Source: Eukaryota sp. GEM-RC1
Taxonomy: Eukaryota
Reading direction: 5' to 3'
Length of the DNA stretch: 64,000 nt
Assembly (NCBI GenBank): GCA_040285855.1
Contig: JAUFOQ010000010.1
Span: 1,240,001 to 1,304,000 of the forward strand
The stretch's first letter is position 1; every line of letters begins with the position of its first letter. This document shows positions 1 to 13,244 of this stretch, in pieces. The notes beneath the pieces were generated by a model, which ran no database searches, was not told the origin of the DNA, and saw nothing but the letters and a program-made list of their open reading frames with translations. The translations under genes and the position numbers were made by a program.

Positions 1-36
1 AGTTCAACTCAGAGGTTCGACTCCTCCTTCCCGTCA
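1..36 (+). ncRNA. tRNA-Sec-scaffold RNA, copy F (3' part only, cut by window edge)
   Basis: CA-GAGG-TTCGACT-CCTC-CTTCCCGTC-A followed by TTTT; same T arm and acceptor 3' strand as the other family copies. Confidence 0.7.
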
Positions 37-38
37 TT

Positions 39-900
39 TTATGGTAAACAACAATTCTCTACTTTTATCCCTTTAGCGGGTCCTTTCACCGCCGGTGACC
101 ACATACATCTGAGAACAATGGTAAATGGATTGGACTCTTCCTCATCGAGTGTCTTTCTCATAACACTTCTAATTGTTTCCTCCGTAACCTTGTTATAGAC
201 TGCATTGACCAGTGCTACATGTACCACGTCAAAGAAACGCCTTACTAACCATGCAGATAATGCATTATGAGCTTATACCGTCACTGAATTTGACGATTGA
301 AGCTTATTGACCAAGACCCATCTGATGTTCAGGGTCCAAAGTACGTGGTTGTCTGGTTACACGGTATCCATGTTAAAGCAATCGCTCCAAAAACACCCCT
401 GCAATCTATACCTACAGTAGGAAGTACATCAACAATCCTCCTAAAACCAAATGTATTGGAGTTTTTCATCTGTTCATTTACTTAAGTCCTTTCCAATGGA
501 ATAATCTATTTGAATTCAATAGTAACCCATACACGTTAGGCTCATTAAATTACATTATCTTTGAATCCCTCTCTAGAACACACTTTACCATGCATACTTG
601 TTCATTTCCCTAATTCTAATGTATCTTCATGAATTCGTTCTTGTATGAGCAGTTGTTTTGCTCTTTTCCTTTGGTTGTGTTGAAAGGTTGGTCTTTCCTT
701 CTCCATAGAACCAAGCTGATATCTGGGTATCCTTCTTCCCAATCTTAATCTGTTGTTTACTTTCTCTGGTTCCATCTCTCTTCGGTAGTTTCCTAAATCT
801 CCGCTATTGGATGTATGTAAATGTTGCTATCGCTTTAAATAACCCCTGAAGCACCTTAGATGGTCGGTAAGTAGAGTAATTGTTCGTTCGTTTGTAGTAA
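39..900 (-). pseudogene. Possible highly decayed LTR-retrotransposon pol remnant
   Basis: Weak motif echoes in Ty3-like order on the minus strand: TITLLTDH (RNase H-like), VGIDCRG and VALVNAVYNKVT (integrase-like). Many stops; low certainty. Confidence 0.25.
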
Positions 901-1107
901 TGCATTGACTTCGACTATTTGATTGATTGATATACCATATAGTCTCTAATGGATGGAAATAATAATAAAAAAACGATACATTTATACTACAAGTTTGAAC
1001 CAAAGATAAGGGTATTTTCAAAATCTATACTGATCGGTAAAAATAGCGGTTTAAATTCTATCAAAGATAGTACCGTCAAAACTTTGATGGACTTTTGACT
1101 GGTTTGA

Positions 1108-4100
1108 CTAACTCGTTGGAAATATAATTCTGTTATTGGATTCTCTTTTAATACTTGCTCTGGTACGTTTAATTATAGGGTTATTTCCAAGATTAATAAA
1201 TTCAATTGTAGAATTCAACTTCAGTACTTTTGACAAAGCTACAGCACCGTCATTACCAATAGAGTTGCCCCAAAGGTCAATTTTAGAAATGGCAGTTTTG
1301 ACTCTTAAAACTTGAACTAATGCAGTAGCAGTTTCATCTCCAAGAGAATTTCCTCTGAAAATCAGTGCTTTTACATTTAAAGCAGAATTAAGCCGCAGCG
1401 AATCGGTAATTCTTAACAAATCGACATCATGCAAATTACAGTATGATAATCCAAGACTAGTCATAGAAGTACTAACAGTCAGTAAATCACACAACTCGTT
1501 TACACGGTTGATTTTTTTGTTGTGAAAAGGAAAAAGTTCCAGAATCTAGGTCAATACTATGGGGAGAAACTTCAAAGGTTGGTGGAAGCAAGTGACCACA
1601 AAACTGGTCGAAGATGGCTACAAAATACTTGAGAGGAAATTCAGTACCACAAAGAGTCACACGACGGAGATAAGACAAACTACCAAGTGATTTGAGTAAC
1701 GCACAGAAGTTCACGTAATTCATTTGAAGGCAACAAAAGTCAATGACGGAAAAAGCCTAACAAAATCACACAAAGTATTGATTTTAGTGTGGGAAAAATT
1801 ACAACGCAGCAGAGACAACTCGTTCATGTCAAAACCCTTTAATGATGAATGCATAAACAAGACTTCTTCGGAAGTCAATGAGACACTTTCTCGAGGAGAA
1901 AAACAAAGCACTCCGTTTTCAGCATCGGCCCTGTGTGGAAGAAGATCAAGATCAATGACTGACTTTGGAAGACAAAACACCTGTACTAGAGTACAAATGT
2001 CGTCAGACTTCTTAATACCACGACACTCAACATGTTTGATTGGTGTGCTTGATTTTAAATTCTTTAAAAGTGAACAAACATCAGAGGCATTAAGCATATC
2101 TTCATAACGAACAGTTCCGAGAGAGAAATCAATAAGGTGAGGAGAAATCTGAATATTTGGTAATAATTTTCCAGATAAAACAAGTTGGAAAATAGTTAAT
2201 ATACTTTTTAATTCAAGCACCAAATAACTTAAATTGACATTAGTTAAGCACGAACTCGGGTCAAGAGACACAATTGTTCTCAGAACAATATCTGCAGAAA
2301 ATTGACAATTACTAAAGTCAATAGAAGTCAAAGAGTTGTTGTACTTGATTGAATCACACAAAACAGGAAGTACTTGATCAGAGAAACAACATCCCTTAAG
2401 ACTAAGCACTTTGATATTAAGTCTATCAAAAAGAGACTGAAGGGATGAAACCTCAGTAGTAGTTACTGCAGAAGAAGTCTCTGGCGCAAAACAAAATATT
2501 GCATTATCAACGTCAATAATGTGTGGGGAAATATCAACAGCTAGAGCTGAATAGTTGATGGAAAGTATTTCAAATACAGTAATAAGATCTAAGAGACAAA
2601 GAGACTTACATCCTGTTGAAACCTCAACCCGTCTGACAGGAACTTTTGATTTTAAATTGATTAAAAGTGAAGACAAATCAGAGGATTCAAGGTGATTCTC
2701 ATAACTAATAGTTCCTAAAGAAAAATCAATAAAGTGAGGAGAAATTTGAATATTTCTTCTATACTTGCTAGTAGAAACAAATTCAAAAACCTTCAAAAGA
2801 GTATTCAAAATAATGGAATAATCACACAAATAAACGTTCGTAATAGATATGCTACTTTGAAGTACATCGAGTAGACTCGAGAAAAGATCTTTAGAAAACT
2901 TACATCCGCTGAGGTCAACAGAAGTCAATGAATGACTGACTCTTATTAAATCACACAACATATTGATTCCTTGATGAGAGAAACTGCACTTTGTAAGAGC
3001 CAGATGGTTGATTCTGAAGTATGCCAAGAACGTTTGAAGTGAAGCAAATCCTTTAGAAGTAATTGTAGGAAAAGTCTCTGGTGAAAAACAAAAAATTCTC
3101 TTCTCAACGTCAATATAGTCGGGGGAAATATCTACAGTTGCTTTAATGGTTGAATAATAAAACGTTTCAAAAACACTCATTAATGTAGTCAACTCTAACA
3201 TCAAGTTAGGAAAACTAACTGTCTTGAATCCTGAATTGTTTTTAAGTACTTTAATTAGGTTTGTAAATTCTGTATAATTAAACAACGACCCATCCAAACT
3301 TAATACAATCAGACCAGTATTCTGTTCGACAATTTCAATTAGTGATTGGACATGTTTGATATTGAATGGACGCCTAACAGAACTATCAGGCTTGGAAATT
3401 GATAATTCTAACAAAGTAGAATTTGATTCAAGAAAATTATTCAGTTCAGTGAAAAAACACTGTTTAATCTCCAGTTTTTATAAAGAAGGATTAAACTGTA
3501 AGACTTTAGAAATGTCTTCTGTATTGATCTCAGTACCAATAAAAGTTAATACCTGAAGAGAATAATCATACTTAAGAGCATCACACACTGTAGAATCAAG
3601 ACATCTTCTACAACCAGGAAACACTAGACTTCGAAGACTAGACGTGTTTAGAAGAGGAACCAGAACACTTGAATCGTCTATAAAAACACAAGATAAATCT
3701 AATGATTTAAGTGAAGTATTACTCATTAGAGAAGTAAATAGAAGCAGTGACTAATCATTTGTGATATGCAAACGAGAATTCGTAGAATGTGACGTAATTC
3801 TATTCTTTTTAAATGAATGAATTGAACGAAAGACCTCTGTTAGAGCAATCTTATCAGAAGTCGTTAAATCGTCGACAGTAATAATTAATTCAACAATAGT
3901 CGTGCTCAACAATAGAGTTTCACAGAAGGTAGTGAACTGAGACTCAAAACTGATGGTAAAATTAATACATCTTAGTCTAGGTAAGAAGAGAGGACAAGTT
4001 CTGTCTAATAAGTAGTTCAAGTCGGTAACATAATCATCTAACATAGATCATCTATGCTTAAACTAGTAATTCTGAAAGTATTGTCAAGAACATTGTCAAT

Positions 4101-4440
4101 GCCAAAGGATCGTCCCACTTCCAAGTAAACAGAGTGTACCATTGAAAAAGATGACGTGATATAAAGCAGAGAAAGATCTTGGATGTGATTCCAAGAAGAC
4201 CTTAACTCCTAGCAAAGCAGATGGGAAGAAGCGTAGACTAACATATCCAACTTTTTGCATAAATGTAAGCAATTCTCGGATAACACGACAAAGTGAACGC
4301 TGTGGTGCAGTATCAGACTTCCAAAGAGCTTTTAGACGATATGAATTGATTAGCGCTAGTAAAGTTGGATGGTCTATGTTCTCGCAAGCAAGAGAACAAG
4401 TCAATCTGAAACAAGATCGGGAGTGGAAATAAGGGAGCAA
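1108..4440 (-). CDS. LRR super-repeat family gene LRR1 (frame-broken, Zn-finger N-terminus not seen)
   Basis: Collinear ORFs 4096-4440, 3751-4044, 3478-3726, 1720-3414, 1487-1723 and 1108-1494 carry LTSVDLSGC, SPHFID, LFLPRLR and the C-terminal KIDLWGNSIGNDGAVAL RNI-like repeats. Confidence 0.8.
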
Positions 4441-4896
4441 CGTGTTTTTTTAAACTAACACGTTTCAATCTGAGGACTCATCAATTCTGTTCATTTGCTT
4501 CATTGTAATCAGTCATCTTATCAACTACAATCACTTTATTATATTTGACTATCAAAAGATAAACAAAGTGATGGGGTCAAAGTAGTTTTACAACTACAAA
4601 ATGTATCAATCTTTCAAATTCGTTGATTTTAAATTACAACAACGAATTCTGATCGTGACATACTGTACTGTAAAAAAATGTAAGTGAGCTACAAAAAATA
4701 ACAAGCTAAAAAATTACATAAATTCATGGCTGGGGCTCAGAATAATCCTGGAGTTGGTAACCATCTGTTTTCGAGTAAGGACCAATAAGCATAACAATTG
4801 AAATAGATTGCTTTACGTCGACTGTTAAATAATGAAAAACCAAGAGTCAAACCATATTTTGAGGAAAAACTATGATACACTATGAATGATATAAAA

Positions 4897-4985
4897 CGGC
4901 AGGAAGGAAGAGTAGAACTTCTGGGCGAGGGGACACCCCACCATAGGGAGGATATGGTACATCCACCGGGACATGTCATCCTGCC
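4897..4985 (-). ncRNA. tRNA-Sec-scaffold RNA, copy E (89 nt, 7-nt loop TCCTCCC)
   Basis: GGCAGGATG AC ATGTCC CGGT GGATGT ACCATA TCCTCCC TATGGT GGGGTGTCCCCTCGCCCA GAAG TTCTACT CTTC CTTCCTGCC G, then TTTT. Confidence 0.8.
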
Positions 4986-5585
4986 AATTGTCTAACAACA
5001 ATACACGGCTTAAAATGTATTTTTAAAAAAATGAATCGCACTGACCGAAAACAGTTCATCCAACATAAAACATACTGTTTTAATTAGATTATTTAATGAA
5101 CCTTTCGCCAGAAATATGACGCGACATCGGGAGAGCAACTACCTTTAATTTAATACCGTAAACTCAGAAAGTAGTTACTATATTTAGTTACTTTACAAAC
5201 GTGACTACTCTCTGGTGACTTTCTAATGGCACAAAGTGTTTATGATGACAGAGTTTTAACAAGAAGTTAGTTTCTCTATTTTTTTTTCAAAAATCTCTCA
5301 TAGTTTCTGAAACAAACTCTGTGACAATCATTGATCCTCTCAGTAAGGTGTTCATGATACAACAATGCAGAATGACATATGACATGAGTTGCTACTTTTT
5401 GAGAAGTAAAGATACTAACCCTCTCAATCATAGTAATAAACTCGGGTATCTTAAATTGTCCTAATGAGTGAGAGATTCAGAAGGTAATGAATTTGGTAAT
5501 AACAAAAATCTTTGCTAAAGAATTGATTACCTACTTAAATTTAAGAACAGATAACAAAATGATTCTTTAAAAATATCAATAGATT

Positions 5586-8500
5586 TCAGTACCCATTTTG
5601 CACCAAAATTCTGTCAAATGCCGATTTAATTTCAAAATATTCCGAATAATCACCAATTGTTGACTTGATATCTTCAAAAACAAACCGCGCTCCCTGGTAA
5701 TCGTACTGTTGTAAGTGAACATTAATTAAAAGGGAAGCAGTTAAGCCCTTAAGATTCATAGGTAAATGAATCTTTAGTAAATCTGTTAGAACTTTTGTTA
5801 AAGAAGTGTAAACGTAAGGACTAGGAGTGGTTGAAAAATATAATAGACAAGAAGAATAAAAGAGGAAAAAGAAAATGTCATTAAAAACGGGGGTTGAATT
5901 TGAGAAATTGCCAGCAATTTGAGAATGTGCGATTCTGCGATTGTATAATGATTGTAATAATTCGTTGAACCGGGGGCGATATTCATCAAGAATACTTGAG
6001 AAAATTTCAAATTTAGGAAATTCTTTCGCAGAGAGGGAAAGACAGTGAGGATAGCCAATTAGCTGCAGAACAGAATACTCGAAAAATTCAATTTCAATAG
6101 GAATATTGAAAAATAACTTAACTAATGGAAAGTCTTTACTCTGAGAAGTAATTAGAGAGATTGTTCCTGTATACGTATTGGATGTTGAAAGAATATCTGA
6201 AAAGATACAATATGAAGTTATTTCTTGGGCGTGTTTTAAAAGATAATTGAGTTCGCTTTGTTCAAATATTGAAAAATTTGAAATTTTGACAGATTGAATG
6301 TAATCCACGACTTTGACTGCCAATCTCCAAGCAGGATTGATTTGCCTTTTGAAAATCAAAACAGAAGCAGCAAAAGCGAAAAATCTCAAGTTCCACGGTT
6401 CGTTCATAAGTGGAAGCACTATATTAAGATTTTTGAATAATTGAGAATTCAGTCTGAAATTGATAGTATCATGAATGTGATTCATAATAATCTGTTCTTG
6501 TTTACAGTCGAAAAAAGTGAAAATGAAAGAAATTTTGAAATATTCAAACTAGATGTACAGTCAGCTAGTACCAGATCATTGTTGTTCAAATTTAAATTAA
6601 TTGCCGCTCGTCGTCGTAAACATGCAAAATAAAACTCTTGTAAATGAACCACTTCTTCGGAAGAATCTAAATTATTTAAAATTTTGTCTATCGCAGATAA
6701 CGTTGACGTATAGCTGTCAATTGCAAGTACAAAATCTGATTGACGATCAGGACCAATCAAACCCCGTGAATGATGATACATAGCCCTGGAAAAATTTGAA
6801 ATAAACGAATTTTTTTGGATTTTGTACAATGATTGCAAATCCTTCTCAGCACGGATAAAATGATGGTCCGAAAATTTAAAATTATCAAACGAGAGCCATA
6901 AATTACAACAAAACCGTCCGAAAATAGCCGGAAAACACTGAGAAGCGTTCATTAACACCCTGTTTAGAGAAGCTCTTGAAGAAGCGTAATCCTTTGCAGC
7001 AAATAAAAAAGAAGCATGTAAGAAGTAAGAAATATCGTCCAAATGGGGTAGAGCTTCATCCATATTATCAACATTAATCAAATCTGATAATAAATCAAAA
7101 TTTTGAGCTCCTTTTGAATGTTGTTCCAATTGAGTTCGTCGCATAAACAAAGCCTCTAATAAAACAGATCTCATTTTAACTGATGATGAAACTGCAGTCT
7201 TTTTTAATTCTGCGAGAATCTGAAGAGCCTGTATTGACTCCTTACAATTGAATAAGCAATGGGCATAAAGTAATGAGACAGTATCTGTATGGGAAGTGAG
7301 AAGATTTTTTAATATTTTACAAGACTTCCCGCTCTGATTGATCCAGAAATAAATTAAAGCGTTGAAAACTGGAAATTTTAAAGAAAAAAGATCCATTTCC
7401 ATTGGATTTATCAGCAATTGTAAGGCTTTTGAGATTTTAGCTTCAGTATCATTCTGATTGTCAGTGGTACAAGAATGAGCTAGGGTAAGTCTGGTAAAGT
7501 TGGACCACGGAGCCAAATGGAAGGCATGACGAGCTTTATTTGATTGAGACCCTGATTGACTGGGATCAGATTCACCAGTTGATGAGAAAGACGAAACGGC
7601 ATGAGCGACTGCCAGCACATCAGACGTGATAGATGATTGGTCGACAGAAAAGGCAAGTGAGTGCATTGATTTGTTGTGAGCATATACAAAATAAGAATGA
7701 ATCAAAATTTCAATTCTAGCAGAACAATTGAGTGACAATGACTTATTAAAGGCTAGGAAAGCTTTGGCATGACTTCGTTGTTTTGGTGCAAGTAAATGTA
7801 AGCAACCTTGAATCAATAAAGGCTTGGGATCACTGGGATTGAGGGTTTCGGCAGTCTTGGCGTGTTGTAGTGATTTTGACCGCTTGCCTAATTGGCGATA
7901 TGTGATTGCACTGTTGATGTGATATTGAAATTGGTAGAAAGGGTTAGTTTCGAGTAGTTGAGAATTTTTGGACATTGTGGAAAGCAAATCAGCTGTTCTT
8001 GGCGCCATTTTTAAAGCAACCAGACACTTTGAAAGTAAGAAATCAGAAATTAAACATAATTGAGTTTCTGAAACTGAGGCGTCCTGTAACAAGGGAAAAT
8101 CAATCAAAAAAGATTGAAGCTTATAACAAAAAGAAAGAGCTTCTTTGAAATATTTACCCTTAATTAAAATTTCAATAATATTGATGAATATTGTTAATGA
8201 ATATATTGTTGGGGGAGTAGTTGAAATAGAAGAACTTTCAAAATTTAGAAATCGTTCATCGGACAGAAGATGGAATAGATAACGGGAGGCTTCAAAACAC
8301 ATATTTAAATAGAGGTAAATTTGTGAAATCAGATGGAAAAAACGACATTCTAAATCAACAAAATCATTGACAAATTTAAAATTATCATCATAATTTTGAA
8401 TTCCCGCGAGTCCACATAAACAATAATAAACTCCTGAATGAACAACATAGCGATCTGACAACAACTTTCCCTTATTAAAAAGAAATTTGGCATAATAAAA

Positions 8501-10723
8501 ACATACTTTTGGATGGTATTTGTTGACAGACAAAGCTTTCTCCAACCAAATCGGAGCTTCAGTAGCACAGAAACAACTTAAATAGGACTCAGTGTAAAGC
8601 TGGTCAATCAGAGCCACGTCATCAGGGTCAGAGAAATCAATAACTGATTCATCCAAATTGGCAAGTAAATCAAGTGCGTCCTTGGCATCATGTAGAGCTA
8701 AATTATTTAAATATATCGAATTAAAAAGATTTGCTCTATATATATGCACTTCTGCTTTCAAAACTGAAGAAATTGGTAGAGATAGAGCGGTGTTAAACAC
8801 GCAAAATGCAGATTTAAATAAACGTTTCCTAACCATCATTCGGCCTTGAATGATTAAATTTTTGGTAAAATTGATTGCACTTTGACTGTGATAAACAGCT
8901 GAAGGTGGGTAAAAGTCAGCTACTGGTCGGCCAAAATTAGTTGCTAAATTGATCCAAATTTTGGAGGAAACGTCGTTGGTGGCAAACAACAGATCAAAAT
9001 CATTAACATCATCAGAACATTCACTCAGAATGGAATAATCACGTGCCTCTTCAATCAAATGTTGAGGTATGAGTTCTTTTGAAGTCAATTTGTTCAAGAC
9101 CAGGTCATAAATAACACGTGAGAAGAACTCTTTTTGATTGGTAAAGGATCCTACAGTATCCAAAGCTAAATCGGCTGTAGAATTAGAATATTCCAATAGA
9201 TTTTGTTGTGAACGATAATTTTTGGAACCCTTGGAATTTTTGAGAAATTTGAAATTATTTGGAGTCGTCAAAAACGGTACAAATAAGAAGGCCATAGTAC
9301 CTTCAAGTATCCAAGCCATAATATTTAAATTTTCCTTCACAGAATCACTTGAATCTAAGCTAGGAAACTTGAAATCACTAGAACGAGAATTTCCTAAAGG
9401 AGAATTGCAAGGACATTTATCAGTAGATGTAAAAAGCTCAAAAAGATAACGAGATGGATCAAAATCGTTAGGATTACTGAAATATTGACTCAGAATCTGT
9501 GATAAATTTGAAATTTTTGGGCCATTAAAGAGCTTCTGTAAAAAATCAGCATCAACTGGTCCTATCCTAAGACAAAATTTAAAACTTTGAAAATTTTCCG
9601 TCAAATAATCCGGTGTCGATACGACCTCAATCATAAAATGATCCCGTGATAACTGCAAAACTGAATTCTTAGAAATATTTGAAAAACTATTTGTTCTCAC
9701 AAACACGTGTCCAGACATTCCAAAATTTCTAGACAAGTTATCCTCAAACTCTCTAACAAACTGTTCTGTTAACATACATGGATCACCAACCGTGAAATCC
9801 TCAACTAACTCTTCAAAAACAGGAGAATTAGGTGGAGCTTTCATCTTTTTAATATACTTTTTATGAACATTGTTGTCCAGAATTAAAATAGTTAGCGCCA
9901 ATCCTTGGACTAGACCAAAAGATCTTAGAGTCTTCATCATTGTTGAGGCTTGACCATCTGAAGTTTTTAAATTTTTGGATAATTGATTATATTGATGAAT
10001 ATCAGCCCTTTTTGGATCAGAAAACATTGGTAACTTCTTGAACATATTATTCAACACCTTCGCAGATTTAGAATCATTCAACACATCTGCCACGTCACCA
10101 TTTGCCACGTCATCAGATTCTCTAAACACGTAATCCTTATTCTTCATTTTCATGTACTTCTTCAAATTACAACGTACCCCAGCCAAATCTCCCTTAAGCA
10201 AAGAGTCTACTGCTTGTTCTAGTGGATGAGTGTGGATAGAACGTCGTCCCAAGTGACGCAGCCAGTTTGAGAGGATAGAGATGGAAGCTTTGGGGGATTG
10301 ATTTGTAATGACGCTGATGGAAGAAATGATTGTAGGTAGAACAGTTGGAGCAGAGAGTGACACGTCATCAGTGAGAGAGCGTGTTAGGACGTTCTGGAGA
10401 TCTTGTAGGGCTCGTCTTGAAGTGGAAGGGACGTGCCAGACATCAGAAGTTGAGGTAGGATGTAAGTGATGAGAAACAAGAGGTTGTTTGGGGACTGATG
10501 TGTTGGAGGGAGAGATGTAGAGCTTGGGGTTTTTGATGAAGAGAGGATCGTGGTGAAGTTGGTCAAGACGTGGGGAGTTAGTGGCGGGGATGTCAGAGGA
10601 TTTGGTGGATAATTGACCAACGATGAATTGACGATTGATGGGTAACTGTTCCATACGAACAAATCGAGTAGTCTGATGTCCACTAAAAGGCAATGACTTT
10701 GGCTTGACAAAAGAGTAGTACAT
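5586..10723 (-). CDS. Large TPR-like alpha-solenoid protein (~1700 aa if joined)
   Basis: 1413-aa ORF with TPR-like helices (e.g. AEVHIYRANLFNSIYLNNLALHDAKDAL, FYFACLRRRAAINLNLNNNDLVLADCTSSL). It overlaps a 299-aa ORF, and one extra T in the T6 run near 6511-6516 would fuse them. Confidence 0.75.
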
Positions 10724-12048
10724 TGAAGTGGATCATTTTGGATCAAGTTGAAGGAGGTATGAATTTCTTGAAGTACTGTAAGTTTGTTGTTTTGACTTAT
10801 TACATTTACACTGGTAGCTGTGATTCGTCTCAGCGAGACTAGATACTGCTGATGATAACTTTGATGTATGTTTTTAGGGAGTGATGCTTCAAGTCAAACC
10901 AGTGATCAAATTGATCAGAATAACATATTTACCTTATCAATTTGGCATAAGCGTTTGATTTTTTCTTTGTTCCGTTCGATGCCTAAGTTTTTTAAATCAA
11001 TTTTGACAAAGTTGTATTAAAAATGTGGTACTTTTGATCAGATATTATGTGTGTCTAGTGTATCACAGCTTTTATTATGATATGTATTTTTCGTACCCTA
11101 CATCATTATACTGTATCTTTTCAAAAAATAAATTGGCCAACTTCTTTTGTCAGATATACAGTGTAGTTAGTCACAAAAACACCAAGTGTACATTGTACAT
11201 TCAACAGACATCAATTTCATCAAATGCCAATCTTGCTACGTGGAAATTCGCACCTGCTTTATCCTCATAATGCCTGCCAGGAGATAGTAAAGTTTTAGAA
11301 GTAGATGTCACCATTATTTTAAAAATAGAGAACACAATTCTATAATCTGAGATCAAGAGTTTTAGTTTACAATTTTTACAAAGTCCTCACGCAATGATGA
11401 TGCTGCATCATCTAGAAAACCGTACAACGAAAATACAAATGAGGATAACAAGTATTTCGAGTGTGAAAACGAATTCAATACTTTCAATTTAGTACAATAT
11501 TTTTGCAGTTTGAATTTTTTATGAAACAAACGAGGGTATAGTAGTCATCCTAAAAAACCGCGATTTTGATCAACCCAGTGAAACACCAGTAGTTTCATAT
11601 GCATATGCAATAGTAGCTACGAAAAGACACTAAACGAAAGTATAAACAACTACATTGTAATTACACTCTTCACAACAACTGGTCTGAATCAGAATAATTA
11701 TGACTGTCCAGAAATGTACTCTTGATTGATGAAGAAGACAAGTCATTAGAAGTAACAAAATGACTGTTTTGGCTAAACGAAATTTGGTTTCGTGGACAGA
11801 ATCATGTAGAATTACTGCAATTCGGTAAGGATTAATTATATCGAAAACAAGTATCAAATACAAACACAGATAATTACAAAAGTTCAAGTTTTGGTATCCT
11901 TTAGACTTCTTCCCAGTAAGGAAACCTGTGCTTTTGAATGAATGTGCAACCGATGTCCCTATTTGACAGAGACACATATGAGGATGTATCAGTGAACGAG
12001 AGTGTCATTAAATCCCACATGGGCGAAAAACTGATGGTCAACGAAAAA

Positions 12049-12210
12049 TGATGGGAAGGAGGAGTCGAACCTCTGGGTTGTATCAACCATTACGAGAGGA
12101 ACCTCTTTAGTGGGATCCTTAGGTGGCGGTTACGCCAATTCAAGGGAAGAGACGAATCTCAATTCCAAGTGATGCTGTGTAATTAGTCCACCGGGACACA
12201 ACATCCCATC
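12049..12210 (-). ncRNA. tRNA-Sec-scaffold RNA, copy D (85-nt anticodon-loop domain)
   Basis: GATGGGATG..CTTCCCATC acceptor stem, GTGTCC CGGT GGAC D arm, ATTAC/GTAAT stem, GGTTG-ATA-CAACC variable arm, GAGG TTCGACT CCTC T arm, A then TTTTT. Confidence 0.8.
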
Positions 12211-12713
12211 ACTTTCTTTGTGGTAAACGCCTACTTTATGTTGATTTCTAAGAAGTAGATGTATCAAAACAATGAAAATCAAACGTCCTTAGAACTGAAA
12301 CTAAAGGTAACTTAATGACATACGTAAGTCCGTTTCTCTGTCTAAAAGCGTTCTTGCGCTTGTGTTTTACTTCTTTGCTGGTGGAAAAATCATCATTTAT
12401 AGGTTTACTTGATCCAAGGACTCTAACCAGACAATAAGTACGTATGAGAGATTTTTTCACTGCTTCACTCATGTCTTGTGCAGATCCAGAATCAAAATGA
12501 ATTTACTCAGAAACGACTGCATCACGTAGTTCTCTTCCAATTCAACATGACCTCAAACTACTCTCATATAATTTCAGGAGCACTTCACCTGATTTTCAGC
12601 TATTCCAAAACTGTGGCGATTTTCTCTCATTTTCGGAAATAAGGGGGTTAATGATCTATCAGTGAAATAAATGCTTTTGCAGAAAATAACAACTACACCG
12701 ATTGTTTCCAATT

Positions 12714-13244
12714 CAGGGCCTGGAAAAATGGAATTGATTGCCAATTTCAATGATTGGTTTTTAACCAATGCCAATTCCAATGTCTCAAATTGAACCAATC
12801 AATATTTCAATGTTTCGAATGAAACCAATCAATATTTGAATGTTTTCTGTTGGCCCAATCAATATTTCAATGTTTTATATTGGATCAAATGATGTTGCAA
12901 TGTTTGATATTGATCCAATGTTTCCTGTATGGCTATTATTATAGCCATGTTAGACGCAGTTACACTAGCTTCATAATCCGGATGACACTCTTTGACGTGA
13001 GTGATGACATTTGTCCACCCAACATCTTTCACTGGATTCCACAGAATTTTGCCACAATCTTCCAAGCAACCAAATGTACGTTTTTCACCCTTGTTGGTCT
13101 AGAAGGTTGAACACTCATCAAGGAAAAGAAAGTTTTGGCGTTAGTTTCGTAATTCATGAGGGAAAAGAGGGGGGGGATTACAACAATGTTTCATACCAAT
13201 GTATTCAAATAATTGTATTGGCAAGTCAATTTGTCCAGGCCGGG
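12714..13244 (-). mobile_element. hAT-derived non-autonomous element with BED zinc-finger remnant
   Basis: 8-bp TSD TTCCAATT (12706-12713, 13245-13252) and TIRs CAGGGCCTGGAAAAATGGAATTG / rc CCCGGCCTGGACAAATTGACTTG. The minus strand encodes FGCLEDCGKILWNPVKDVGWTNVITHVKECHPDY. Confidence 0.8.
12795..12920. repeat. ~30-bp subterminal tandem repeat of the hAT element
   Basis: CCAATCAATATTTCAATGTTT unit repeated 3 times plus degenerate copies at a 30-bp period. Confidence 0.75.

Noticed and set aside
4897..4985. Calling any family copy a bona fide tRNA-Sec gene
   Set aside because: None of the five complete copies has a TCA anticodon in a canonical loop; copy F's loop lies outside the window.
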